Assembly: GCA_963734495.1 (NCBI GenBank)
Contig: CAVTHK010000011.1
Span: 576,001-640,000 of the forward strand
Direction: 5' to 3'
Source of the DNA: an uncultured Spirochaetota bacterium
GTDB lineage: Bacteria; Spirochaetota; Spirochaetia; SZUA-6; CAVTHK01
Length of the DNA: 64,000 bases
Part shown: in pieces, positions 49,829-60,796 of the stretch
Position numbering within the stretch: the stretch's first letter is position 1
Layout of the letters: every line of letters starts with the position of its first letter
Notes under the pieces: generated by a model
What the model was told of the DNA's origin: nothing
Seen by the model: only the letters and a program-made list of their open reading frames with translations
The model's database searches: none
Program-made: the position numbers and the translations under genes

Positions 49829-50399
49829 GGCCCTCTGCGCTGCCCTAGGAGCTCCGAACCTTGATCGATGGCGAAGTTGATCTTGGGTGATTGCGTTGAG
49901 CGCCCGCGACTGGCGCAGGATCGTCTCAGGATTTAACCCACTGAGTCTTTTCCCCGCACAGACCGCGACGTGGCGGGGTTGTGCCACTTGAGTGCCTCGG
50001 TAGTCCTGGGGCGCGTCGGCCAGTTTCGTACTTGACGGCCGACGTCATTCCGGGCGTCTGCGAGGCCCCGCGCAGCAGCCGGCCCGTGCCACTCGAGCGC
50101 CTCGCGCGGGATCGCCACAACGGATGAAGGGTTCGGCCACCTCCCACTGCGGTGGCGGCGGCGCGCGGCGCGTGTGCCGCTGCGGCGGAGGCGGCCGCGC
50201 GGCCGCCAGGCGCGCGAGCGATGCGGAGGGCCCGGCGCGGCCGTAGGCCGTGCCGGGGTCCGAGCCCCGCTTTGGGGGCGAGGACGGAACCCCGGAGCAG
50301 CGCGTCCCCGGGGCCGGTGTCGCCGGGTGCGCCGCAGGCAGAAGCCCCAGCCGCGCACGGCCGCAGCTCCGCGGGGCGCGCCCAGTCCGAGAAAGAGGC

Positions 50400-52164
50400 C
50401 TACACCAGCTCCGCCTTGAGCGCCCAGTCCTCGTCGTCGGGCAGCTTCGGAAGCGTCGCCCATCCGCGCACGCCCACTTCGACAGTCTCGCCGCGGTCCA
50501 GCCACTGGCCGCTGCGGGGGTTGAACCACGTCAGCCGATAGGTGCCGCCGAACAGCCCGTTGCGGAGGAGGGTGCCTTCGCGCGGGGTGCCCTTCTCGAA
50601 GTAGGCGAGGAAGGTCTCGCGGTCGGGCGTGTAGGCGCAGTAGGCCCAGCCGGTCCAGCCCATCTCGCTGCCGCTCTTGCTCGGGACCAGGCACTCCTCG
50701 TCGGGGACGAGCTCCGCGTGACGGCCGCCGATGCTCATGACGAAGCTCTTGAGGTGGACGGCCTGATCGGCGGTGGCGAGCTTGAAGGCGTCCCACATCT
50801 TGTAGACCGCCTTGGGCGAGCGCGCGCCGTCGTACATGGCCTGCAGCTCGTGCACGTAGCCGGCCTGGCCGCCGCTCAGGACGCTGCCGTACATGCCCGC
50901 GCGGCAGTTGGCCGCCGCCTCTTCGCTCGACCATGTCGATCTTCGTTCTGGGCGGGAAGCCGGGGGTGTAGGGCTCGCCGTTGAGCGCGGGCTTGGCAGG
51001 CTCGTTGTGGTAGAGCTGCTTGAGGTACCAGTAGCTGACGTGCTCCCTCGGATCGTTGCCGATCTGGTGAAAGTCGATCCACTCGACGTTGCCGTAGTTG
51101 ATCAGGGTCGAGGGGCTGGCGTTGGTGCTCACCATGCTTCCGAACGGCGGAGTGCCGTACCTGGCCAGGTACGTCCGGATCGGGCCGTTGTAGTCCCGCG
51201 TCGGGATCGAGGCGTCGGGCGTGTCGAGGTGGATGGGCGAAAAGAAGATGCTGTTCGCGTGGTAGCGCGCGTAGACGTAGGCGATGTACCTGATGTAGGT
51301 CTCCGGCCAGCCGCAGTACCTCGACCACGCCTGGCTGAAGTCGCGCCGCCACAGCTCGAGGAACGGGATGATCGCGTGCGCGTTGCAGTAGTCGATGCGC
51401 TTGTCGAGGTACTGGAAGTACTTCGGGTTGATCTTCGTCATGTCCGGGATGATGTCCTCGTAGCCGGGGACGGGCCCGGGAAACTCGAAGGGGCGGCCGC
51501 CTTCGTTGCGCATGTCCTTGCTGCGGTTGCGCGAGCCGTCGGGGTCGAGGTTGTTGCCGTGCTCGAGCCACGAGTGGCGCAGCACCATGCCGTCCTCGGT
51601 CTTGGCCCACGCAGGCAGGCGGTCGATCCCCCAGTTGGGGAAGCAGGCGATCAGCGTGATGCCGTTGAAGCCCTGCTTCGCGCCGCGCGCGGACCATGTC
51701 CTTGAAGCCGACCTCGGGGCCGATGGGGTACTCGCGCTCGTCGTCGCGCCACGGGTAGTACTGGGTGGCCGCGGCGAGCCACATGTCGGCCAGCCAGAAG
51801 AAGGGCGTGCCGTCGGCGAGCTCGAAGGCGTGGCGGTTCGCGGTGGGCCGCACGAAGCCGCGGCGGCAGAGGTTCTCCTCTTTCTCCGCTTCGGTCCAGG
51901 CGGCGGCCTCGAGGAGCCCTTCGTGTCCGCGCAGGCCGCGTCGTCGACGTCGGCGAAGCTTTCCCACGTCCAAGTCCCGGGCCGCGTCGCGGTCACGCGC
52001 ACCCTCCACGTCGAGCCGCCGTCCCAGAAGCCGTGGACCTTCTTGTCGAAGCCTCCGGGGCCGCGCAGGCGGACGCCGGCGTCGACGTCCATGTACGGGT
52101 TGGCGTGACTCTTGCGAGCCTCGAGCACGATCTCGTGCTTCTCCCAGACGTGGATCCTGGTCAT
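50400..52164 (-). CDS. DUF5060/DUF4038 (apiosidase-like) glycoside hydrolase with a C-terminal collagen-binding-like domain; three frameshifts
   Basis: VWEKHEI, GFWDGGSTWRVR, DGTPFFWLADMW, KQGFN, NPKYFQYLDKRI, KPALNGEP and WFNPRSG...DWAL are spread over three frames. The shifts are near 51925, 51680 and 50930. Confidence 0.82.
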
Positions 52165-52287
52165 GCTGTCCCCTTCTTGCCGAAGCTGTCTCGCGCGCCG
52201 GCTCTCGCTGCGACGATCGTCGCGAGCGGGGCCGCCGGCGCCCGTCTCATGTTCTATCCGGAGGTCCCCCACGGGTCAAGGAATGGC

Positions 52288-52400
52288 GGGGCTCAGGCGA
52301 GCTCAGGGCGGGCTCAGGCGAGCTCAGGGCGGGCTCAGGGCGGGCCAGGCGGCTCAGGCGGGCTCAGGCGAGCCAGGGCCGGGCTCGGGCGGGCTCGGGG
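52288..52400. repeat. Tandem array of about 11 degenerate 9-11-bp units, (G/A)GCTCAGG(G)CG
   Basis: Visible directly: GGGCTCAGGC GAGCTCAGGGC GGGCTCAGGC GAGCTCAGGGC GGGCTCAGGGC ... GGGCTCGGGC GGGCTCGGG. Confidence 0.9.
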
Positions 52401-52640
52401 GAGTCGGTCCGCGCGCGCGCTTGCGGCGGGACCCTGGGCCAGCCAGCCATCGTCTGTCTCGTCGATCGACGCCTGTCGCCTTCCGTAGCTTTCCGTTCTA
52501 CTGTTCGCGTTCCCTTGACGGCCATGTTATAGTCGAGTTTCGTTCCGTTGCGACAGCGGCAGGCCCGTGCGAGATCGCGTCGAGGCGCGGCGGGCCGGAA
52601 CCGCGACCGCCCATTCACCAATCTGCAGCAGGAGGGAAAC

Positions 52641-54648
52641 ATGAGCAGGAGGTTGGTCATCTTGTCGGCCGCTTGTCTGTGCCTGGTTCTCGCGCTTTCG
52701 CCGGCTTTCGCCGGGGGCGCCAAGGAGCCGGCCGCGGGCGCGCCGGCGGCCGCACCCGCGGCCGCGCCGTCGGCCGCAGCTCCGGCTGCCGCGCAGGCCG
52801 GAAAGTACAAGGAGGCGCCTGCGCTGGCCGAGCTGGTCAAGGCGGGCAAGCTGCCCCCGGTCGAGCAGCGGCTGCCCGAGAACCCGATGGTGGTGTCCGC
52901 GGACGAGATCGGCCAGTACGGCGGCGTGTGGCGGCGCGGCTTCCTCGGGCCGTCGGACTTTAACGGCGTCAACCGCGTCATCTACGACGTGCTGGTCCGC
53001 TTCGCGCCGGACGGCGCCACGATGGAGATGAAGCTCGCGGAGAGCGTCACGCCGTCGCCGGATTTCAAGCAGTGGACCGTGAAGCTGCGCAAGGGCAGCA
53101 AGTGGTCGGACGGCTCGCCGCTTCACCGCGGACGACATCATGTTCTGGTACAAGGACGTGCTCCTGAACAAGGACCTCGTCCCGGCCATTCCGTCCTGGA
53201 TGCTCAACAAGGACGGCACGCCGGCCCTCGTGGAGAAGCTCGACGACCTGACCGTCCGCTGGACGTTCAAGGCGGTCGAACACCAACTTCATGCTGGAGC
53301 TCACCACCAAGGACTACGGGGACCGGCAGTACCCGGTCTTCATGCCCTCGAAGTACCTCAAAGCAGTTCCACGCTTCGTACGCGAAGAAGGAAGACCTCG
53401 ACCGGATGGTCGCCGACGCCAAGTTCAAGACCTGGGTCGAGCTCTTCGCAAGCAGGCAGAGCCCGTTCGAGAACCCGGACCGGCCGGGCATGGCCGCCTG
53501 GGTCGCGTCCAACCGCATCAGCGAGCAGATCTTCATCCTCAAGCGCAACCCGTACTACATCGCGGTGGACAAGGCAGGGAACCAGCTCCCCTACATCGAC
53601 GAGGTCCAGTTCAAGTTCTTTGCCGATGCGCAGGCGCTCAACCTCGCCGCCATCGCGGGCGAGCTCGACGAGCAGGAGCGCCACATCAACCTGCTGAACT
53701 ACCCCGTGCTCAAGGAGAACGAGCAGAAGCAGGGCAAGTACAAGATCTTCCTCTGGTCGAGCCCCGGAGGCTTCGACGCGGGAGTGATCTTTAACGAGAC
53801 CTACGCCAAGGATGCCGAGCTGGGCAGGCTCTTCGCCAACAAGGACTTCCGCATCGCCATGTCCTACGCGATCAACCGCAAGCAGATCAACGAGAGCGCG
53901 TTCCTCGGCACGGGCGAGCCGCGGCAGGGCGTCCCGAAAAAGGGCCATCCCTACTATCCCGGCGACGAGTACGCATTCAAGTACACCGAGTACAACCCCG
54001 ACCTCGCGAACAAGATGCTGGACTCCATCGGACTTGCCAAGAAGGATGCCGACGGCTTCCGCCTGTTCCCGAGCGGCAAGCGCGTGTTGATCGAGCTTTC
54101 GGTCGTCGAGGTCTTCGGCCCCTACCGCGACATCGGCACGCTCATCACGAAAGACTTCGAGAAGGTCGGCATCAAGGTGAACATGCAGATCCGCGAGCGC
54201 GCCCTGCACTTCCAGATGCGGCAGGCCAACGACCTGCAGTCCGAGCTCTGGAACCAGGACACCGCGGGCTTCCCGTTCACCGGCTCCACGAAGTACGACT
54301 TCCGCAAGGATCTCTACGGGAACCTAACCTACGGGCCGCTGTGGAAGCAGTGGTACGACACCAACGGCAAGGAGGGAGTCGAGCCCCCCGACGCCGCCAA
54401 GAAGATCATCGAGCTGCAGGACAAGGCCAAGACCGTCGGGACCCGAGGAGCAGGCCAGGATCGCGCAGGAGCTCTTCAAGGTCTGGGTGGACAACATGTT
54501 CGAGATCGGGACCGTCGGCCTGACCGCGACGGACCAGGGTGTGGCTGTCGTCAACGCGAGGCTGCACAACGTCCCGCCCAGGCTGACCAAGGACTGGCCT
54601 CTGCGCACGCCGGGCAACGGCCGCCCCGAAGTGTGGTTCTTCAAGTAG
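52641..54648 (+). CDS. ABC substrate-binding protein family 5 (Dpp/Opp type, probably oligosaccharide-binding); four apparent +1 insertions
   Basis: Signal peptide, LPPVEQRLPENP, KWSDG, RNPYY..DKAGNQLPYID and C-terminal PEVWFFK*. The frame breaks near 53121, 53274, 53361 and 54441. Confidence 0.88.
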
Positions 54649-54689
54649 GGGCAAAATAGAAGAAGGTCGCCGGCGGATCGATTCTTCCC

Positions 54690-54725
54690 GGAGACAGGGG
54701 GACGCGTGTTCTCCCTGTCTCCTTT
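54690..54725 (+). terminator. Hairpin between the binding-protein and permease genes
   Basis: GGAGACAGGGGGAC-gcgt-GTTCTCCCTGTCTCC followed by TTT. Confidence 0.6.
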
Positions 54726-54743
54726 CGTTGGAGGCGCAGTCCC

Positions 54744-55734
54744 ATGCTGCGGTTCATCATCAAGCGGCTGCTCCTGCTCCCGGTGCTGCTGCTGCTCTTC
54801 ACCGTCGTCGTCTTCGCGCTGGTGCAGGCGCCTCCGGGCGACTTCCTCACCAGCTACGTCGCGATGCTCGCCTCCTCCGGCTCGTCCATGGATGCGGCGC
54901 AGGTCGCAGGCGCTCAAGCAGCAGTTCGGGCTGGACAAGCCCGTCACCGTGCAGTACCTGCGGTGGCTCGAGAGCATCGTCAAGGGCAACTTCGGCCTGT
55001 CGCTGGAGTACCAGCGGCCGAACTCGGAGCTGATCGGCGAGCGGCTGCTGGTCACGCTGCTGCTCGCGCTCTTCGCCTTCGTGATCACGTGGGTGGCGGC
55101 GATCCCCGCCGGCATCTACTCCGCCATGCACAAGAACACCTTCTTCGACTATCTCTTCGCCCTCCTGAACTACATCGGGGTGGCGACGCCCAACTTCATG
55201 CTGGCTCTCGTGCTGATGTGGTTCGCCTTCTCCAACTTCGGCCTGATGATCACGGGCCTGTTCTCCCCCGAGTACGTCCAGGCGCCCTGGAGCGTCGGGC
55301 GCTTCGTCGATCTGCTCAAGCACATCTGGCTTCCCGCGATCGTGCTGGGGATCGCCGGCACGGCGCGCCTCACGCGCATCATGCGCGCCAATCTCCTGGA
55401 CGAGCTGAACAAGCCCTACGTCGTGATGGCGCGCGCGAAGGGGATGTCGGAGTGGGGCCTGGTGCTCAAGTACCCGGTGCGGATGGCGTTCAACCCGATC
55501 ATCAGCACGATCGGATGGTACCTGCCGCAGCTGTTCTCCGGGAGCCTCATCGTCGCCACGGTGATGAACCTGCCCAACATCGGGCCGCTGCTCCTGCGGG
55601 CGCTCACGCAGCAGGACATGTACCTTGCGGGGAGCATCCTCCTGATCTATTGCTTCCTGACGATCGTGGGCACTCTGGTCTCGGACATCCTGCTCGCGCT
55701 CTTCGACCCGCGCATCCGGATGGAGGGCAACTAG
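54744..55734 (+). CDS. Dpp/Opp ABC permease (DppB type), frameshifted near 54907
   Basis: MLRFIIKRLL...APPGDF is in one frame. FGLDKP, RIMRANLLDEL.KPYV.MARAKG and DPRIR are in the next frame. Confidence 0.9.
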
Positions 55735-55736
55735 CC

Positions 55737-56921
55737 ATGGCGGAGAACACGCGGCAGGACGGGCAGGACGGCGCTCGCGGTCCCGTCGCGCCGCCGGCGG
55801 ACAACGGCGCGCTCGCCGCGCCCTTTGCGACGGCGGCGGAGGAGCGCGTCTCGGTCGCCTCCAACTGGAAGCTGGTGTGGTGGCGCTTCCGCAGGAACGC
55901 GCTGGCCGTCGCGAGCGCCGTCGTGCTGCTCGGCTTCTACATCGTCGTTCTGGTCCCCGATTTCTTCTGCACCCAGGACACGGAGGCCACCGAAGCCTTT
56001 CTCGCCTTCATCCCCATAACCGGAGTCTCGTACCAGCGCGGCACCGGCCTGTCCGTGCCGGCGGTCGCGGGCAGGCGCAACCCGGTCACGCTGAGGATGC
56101 AATGGGTGGTCGACCCGTCCAGGAAGATCCCGATCGGGCTCTTCGTGCACGGGTACAGGTACAGGGTCCTCGGGCTGATCGAGACCGATATCCACCTGGT
56201 GGGGGCGAAGGATCGGACGTCGAAGGACCAGCCCCACCTGCTGGGGACGGACCGGCTGGGGCGCGACCAGTGGTCGCGGCTGATGTACGGCACGCGCACC
56301 TCGATGACCGTGGGGCTGGTCGCGGTGGCGCTGAGCGTGGTCCTCGGCGTGCTGCTCGGCGGGATTTCCGGCTACTTCGGGGGATTGCCGGACATGATCA
56401 TCCAGCGCGTCATCGAGCTGATGCAGTCTCTGCCCACCATCCCGGTCTGGCTGATGATGACCGCGGCGCTGCCGCAGGACTGGCGCCCCGAGCAGGTCTT
56501 CTTCGCGATCACGATCATCCTCGCCTTCATCGGCTGGACCACCCTCGGACGCGAGATCCGCGGCCGCTTCCTCTCTCTGCGCGAGGAGGACTTCGTCCTC
56601 TCCGCGGAGCTGGCCGGCTGCAGCCACTGGCGGATCATCACGCGGCACATGGTCCCCGCGTTCGTGAGCCACATCATCGCGGCGAGCACGCTGGCGATTC
56701 CCGTCATGATCATCAGCGAGACCTCGCTGAGCTTCCTCGGCCTGGGCATCCGGCCCCCCGCGATCAGCTGGGGAGTGCTCCTGCAGGAGGCGCAGAACAT
56801 CCAGACGGTCGCGCTCGCTCCCTGGCTCATGCTTCCCGGAGTGGTCGTGATCGTCGCGGTGCTGGCGTTCAACCTCGTCGGCGACGGGCTGCGCGACGCG
56901 GCCGACCCGTACGGGCACTGA
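55737..56921 (+). CDS. Dpp/Opp ABC permease (DppC type)
   Basis: WWRFRRNALA, HLLGTDRLGRD, ETSLSFLGLG and GDGLRDAADP. Confidence 0.95.
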   Translation: MAENTRQDGQDGARGPVAPPADNGALAAPFATAAEERVSVASNWKLVWWRFRRNALAVASAVVLLGFYIVVLVPDFFCTQDTEATEAFLAFIPITGVSYQRGTGLSVPAVAGRRNPVTLRMQWVVDPSRKIPIGLFVHGYRYRVLGLIETDIHLVGAKDRTSKDQPHLLGTDRLGRDQWSRLMYGTRTSMTVGLVAVALSVVLGVLLGGISGYFGGLPDMIIQRVIELMQSLPTIPVWLMMTAALPQDWRPEQVFFAITIILAFIGWTTLGREIRGRFLSLREEDFVLSAELAGCSHWRIITRHMVPAFVSHIIAASTLAIPVMIISETSLSFLGLGIRPPAISWGVLLQEAQNIQTVALAPWLMLPGVVVIVAVLAFNLVGDGLRDAADPYGH

Positions 56922-57007
56922 CGGGCCCGTCGAGCCCCACGAGTACGTGGGGTCTATGATACGACGGGCTTGGGACCTGGCGATTACGCCAGGTCACGGG
57001 AGAACGG

Positions 57008-58036
57008 ATGGAGAACACGACGCTGCCCCTGCTGTCCGTGCGGGACCTCAGGACGCATTTCATGATGGATGAAGGCGTGGTCAAGGCTGTCGACGGCGTG
57101 AGCTTCGACGTCCTGCCGGGACAGGTCTTCGGGATCGTCGGAGAAAGCGGCTGCGGGAAGAGCGTCACGATGAAGTCCGTGCTCCGCATCGTCGAGCCGC
57201 CCGGGAGGATCGTCGGCGGAGAGATCCTGCTGCGCCGCGGGAGCGTGGACGGGGAGCTCGTGGACCTCGTCGGCCTGGACGCGAAGGGGCGCGAGATGCG
57301 CTCGATCCGCGGCGCCGAGATCGCGCTGATCCCGCAGGAGCCGATGGCCTCCTTCAGCCCGGTGCACACGATCGGCGACCAGATCATCGAGACGATCATG
57401 CTGCACCAGGCCATCGACAGGGTCGAAGGGCGGCGGAGAGCCGAGGCGATCCTCAGGGACGTCGGGATCCCGATGCCGGAGCGGCGGCTCGACGAGTACT
57501 CCTGGCAGCTGAGCGGGGGCTTGCGGCAGCGCGCCATCATCGCGATGGCGCTCTCCTGCGGCCCGCGGCTGCTGATCGCGGACGAGCCGACCACGGCCGT
57601 CGACGTGACGACGCAGGCGCAGGTGCTGCGGCTGCTCCGGCAGCTGCAGGAGGCCCGCAACACCGCGATCGTCTTCATCACGCACGACCTCGGCGTGATC
57701 GCGCAGATGGCGGACTACGTGATGGTCATGTACCTGGGGCTGGTCATGGAGGAGGGCCCGGTGGACGCCATCTTCCACGCGCCCAGGCACCCCTACACGC
57801 AGGCGCTCCTGCGCTCCATCCCGAGCCTGGACTCCACGCCGCGCGCGATCCTGCCGACCATCAGCGGCTCGATCCCGCATCCGTTCAACAAGCCGCGGGG
57901 CTGCCCGTTCCACCCGCGCTGCGACCGGATGATGCCGGGCAAGTGCGACACGCGGACCCCGGCGCTGCAGCCGGTGGCGGAGAGGCAGTCGGTGAGCTGC
58001 TTCCTCTATCACGACGTCGAGGCGGTGTCCCGATGA
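57008..58036 (+). CDS. Dpp/Opp ABC ATP-binding protein (DppD type)
   Basis: [26 protein letters not shown] and GCPFHPRC. Confidence 0.96.
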   Translation: MENTTLPLLSVRDLRTHFMMDEGVVKAVDGVSFDVLPGQVFGIVGESGCGKSVTMKSVLRIVEPPGRIVGGEILLRRGSVDGELVDLVGLDAKGREMRSIRGAEIALIPQEPMASFSPVHTIGDQIIETIMLHQAIDRVEGRRRAEAILRDVGIPMPERRLDEYSWQLSGGLRQRAIIAMALSCGPRLLIADEPTTAVDVTTQAQVLRLLRQLQEARNTAIVFITHDLGVIAQMADYVMVMYLGLVMEEGPVDAIFHAPRHPYTQALLRSIPSLDSTPRAILPTISGSIPHPFNKPRGCPFHPRCDRMMPGKCDTRTPALQPVAERQSVSCFLYHDVEAVSR

Positions 58037-59065
58037 GAGCCGACCGCGGGCCCGCGAACGGCGGGCCGCTGCTGGAGGTCAGAAACCTCCGCAAGTACTT
58101 CCCGATCCAGAAGGGTTTCCTCCGCAAGACCGTGGGACACGTCCGGGCGGTGGACGACGTGAGCTTCGCGGTCGACGAGGGCGAGACCCTCGGGCTCGTG
58201 GGCGAGAGCGGCTGCGGCAAGACCACGACGTCGCGCTGCATCCTGCGCGCGATGGCGCCGACGACCGGCGAGATGCTGTTCCGCACGAAAGGGGGCGGCG
58301 TGGTCGACCTGGCGCGGCTCGCCCGGAACGAGCTGCGGCCGCTGCGCGCCGAGATGCAGATGATCTTCCAGGACCCCTACGGCTCGCTCAATCCGCGCAT
58401 GACGCTCTTCGACATCGTCGGCGAGCCGCTGCTGGTCAACGGCATGAGCGACCGGAAGGAGCGCACGGATCGGGTCGCGGAGCTGCTCCGCCTGGTGGGC
58501 CTGCGGCCCGAATACATGCCCCGGTTCCCGCACGCCTTCAGCGGCGGCCAGCGCCAGCGCATCGGGATCGCCCGCGCCCTGTCGGTGAATCCGCGGCTCG
58601 TCGTCGCCGACGAGCCGGTGTCGGCGCTCGACGTGTCCGTGCAGGCGCAGATCCTGAACCTGTTGCTCGATCTGCAGAACCGCCTGGGCCTCACGTACAT
58701 CTTCGTGGCGCACAACCTGGGGGTGGTCAGGCACATCTGCGACCGCGTCGCCGTGATGTACGTGGGCAAGCTCGTGGAGATGGCTCCCACGGAGGAGCTC
58801 TATCGGTCGCCCCGGCACCCGTACACCGCCGCGCTGATGGCCGCCGTGCCCGTCGCCGACCCTCGCACGCGCATGGGCAACGTCGAGCTCAAGGGCGAGG
58901 TCCCCAGCCCCGCCAACCCGCCGTCGGGCTGCTACTTCCACCCCCGCTGCGCGTACGCGGTCGACGTCTGCCGCGTCCAGGCGCCCGCGTTCCGGGAGGT
59001 GGCGTCGGGCCACCTCGTCGCCTGCCACAGGGCGGAGGAGCTGGAGCTTCCGGGCCGGGCGGGAG
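58033..59065 (+). CDS. Dpp/Opp ABC ATP-binding protein (DppF type); in-frame stop missing, end approximate
   Basis: [32 protein letters not shown] and VACHRAEEL. The frame stays open to 60915. Confidence 0.9.
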
Positions 59066-59137
59066 AAACCGACGGCGGCGGGGCGGGAACCTTCAACTTT
59101 ACTTTCCTTGATGCGGGCGGCGCAGTACGTTTTTCCG

Positions 59138-60796
59138 ATGAACAAAGGATTCCTGGAGAACCTCTACGCCGGGCAGTTCATGCCGGAGCTCGCCTCCCCG
59201 GACGTGCCTCCGCCGGACCTGGCAAAGGTGGAGGGCTTCACGGACCGGTTCCGCAAGGCGGTGTCGGGCTTCGATCTGCGGGCGCTGGAAGGCCACGCTA
59301 TGCCGCCCGCCCTGATGGGCGCGCTCAAGGAGATGGGGGTCTTCGGCCTGATCATCCCGCGCGAGTACGGAGGCCTGGGCTTCAGCATTCCGGAGTATCT
59401 CCTGGTCATCGAGGCGCTGGCCGGCTCGGATATGTCCCTCGCCATCATCCCGCTGGCGCACCTCTCCATCGGCGTCAAGGGCATCCTCCTCTTCGGGTCC
59501 GAGGCGCAGAAGCGGCGCTACCTGCCGCCCGCCGCTTCCGGGCAGATGCTCTTTGCGTACGCGTTGACGGAGCCGGAGACCGGGTCGGATGCCCAGCATG
59601 TCCGCACCACCGCGGTGCTCGAGGGGGACGGGTCCCACTACGTGCTCGAGGGAACCAAGACATACATCACGAACGCCAACTACGCCGGCGCGTTCACCGT
59701 GTTCGCCCAGCTCGACCCGCAGAACCCGGGGCACATGGGCGTCTTCATCGTCGAGCGTTCGTGGGACGGCGTTGCGGTGGGACACGACATGCCCAAGATG
59801 GGCCTCGCGCTGAGCTCCACGGCCGCGGTCCGCTTGAGCGGCGTGCGGGTGCCGCGCGACAACCTCATCGGGACTCCGGGCGAAGGGTTCAAGATCGCCA
59901 TGACCATCCTGAACTACGGCAGGCTCGGGCTTGGCGCGGCTTCGTCGGGCCTCCTCGCGCAGTCCCTGCTGGACATGAGGAAGCGTTCCGCCTCCCGCAA
60001 GCAGTTCGGGGTGCCCATCGCCGACTTCGAGCTGATCCAGGAGAAGATGGCGCACGCGCTGGTGCACGGATACGCGGCCTCGGCCATGACCGCTTTCACG
60101 GCCGCCCTGGTGCAGAAGAACCCGCTGATGAACGTCATGATCGAGAGCTCGCACTGCAAGCTCTATGGGACCACCCGCTGCTGGGACACGCTCTACGACG
60201 CGCAGCAGACTGCAGGCGGGGCGGGCTTTCTCTCCACGCTGCCCTACGAGAAGCGGCTGCGGGATTTCCGGGTGACCACCCTCTTCGAAGGCACCACCGA
60301 GATCCACTCGATCTATCCGTCCCTCACGGTCTTTCGAGCGTACGGCAAGGAGCTCCGGGACCTGGGGCCGCTGGGGAGGGTCGCGCGCCTCGCCCGGATC
60401 GGGCGAACGCGGGCCATGAGAGGCATGCGGGAGAAGGAGCCGGCGCTGCGGGATGCGGCGCGGGCGGCGCTGCGCAGCGAGGCCCTGCTCCGCTCGCTCC
60501 TGACCGTCGGTCTGCGCGTCCACGGCCGGCGGATCGCGCAGGAGGAGTTCTTCCTCAGGCGCATGACGAGCCTGAGCCTCTCGCTCTTCTGGCTGGTGGC
60601 CTCCGTGTGGCGCCTCAAGCGCGCCCACCCGGACGGGAGCTACCCGCGGGAGGATCTCGATGTGATTCGGTACCTCACGGCCGAGGCGCGCGAGGTGCAG
60701 GCGAGCGAAGGCCGCACGCGCGCGAGCGCCAAGGAGATCGTGCACAGGAGAATCATCGCGGCCCTGCGAGGCTCTTCAGGCGCCGGCGTAGAATAG
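59138..60796 (+). CDS. Acyl-CoA dehydrogenase (VLCAD/ACAD9-like, C-terminally extended)
   Basis: [34 protein letters not shown] and [15 protein letters not shown]. Confidence 0.95.
   Translation: MNKGFLENLYAGQFMPELASPDVPPPDLAKVEGFTDRFRKAVSGFDLRALEGHAMPPALMGALKEMGVFGLIIPREYGGLGFSIPEYLLVIEALAGSDMSLAIIPLAHLSIGVKGILLFGSEAQKRRYLPPAASGQMLFAYALTEPETGSDAQHVRTTAVLEGDGSHYVLEGTKTYITNANYAGAFTVFAQLDPQNPGHMGVFIVERSWDGVAVGHDMPKMGLALSSTAAVRLSGVRVPRDNLIGTPGEGFKIAMTILNYGRLGLGAASSGLLAQSLLDMRKRSASRKQFGVPIADFELIQEKMAHALVHGYAASAMTAFTAALVQKNPLMNVMIESSHCKLYGTTRCWDTLYDAQQTAGGAGFLSTLPYEKRLRDFRVTTLFEGTTEIHSIYPSLTVFRAYGKELRDLGPLGRVARLARIGRTRAMRGMREKEPALRDAARAALRSEALLRSLLTVGLRVHGRRIAQEEFFLRRMTSLSLSLFWLVASVWRLKRAHPDGSYPREDLDVIRYLTAEAREVQASEGRTRASAKEIVHRRIIAALRGSSGAGVE

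Noticed and set aside
49933-52272. 779-aa ORF as a single protein
   Set aside because: It is a mosaic of in-frame and off-frame segments of the frameshifted DUF4038 gene.
52288-52400. Possible CRISPR array
   Set aside because: The units are about 10 bp and contiguous, with no unique spacers and no cas genes in the window.
54744-56921. 725-aa DppB-DppC fusion
   Set aside because: It is created by the frameshift near 54907. Two normal permeases explain the sequence.
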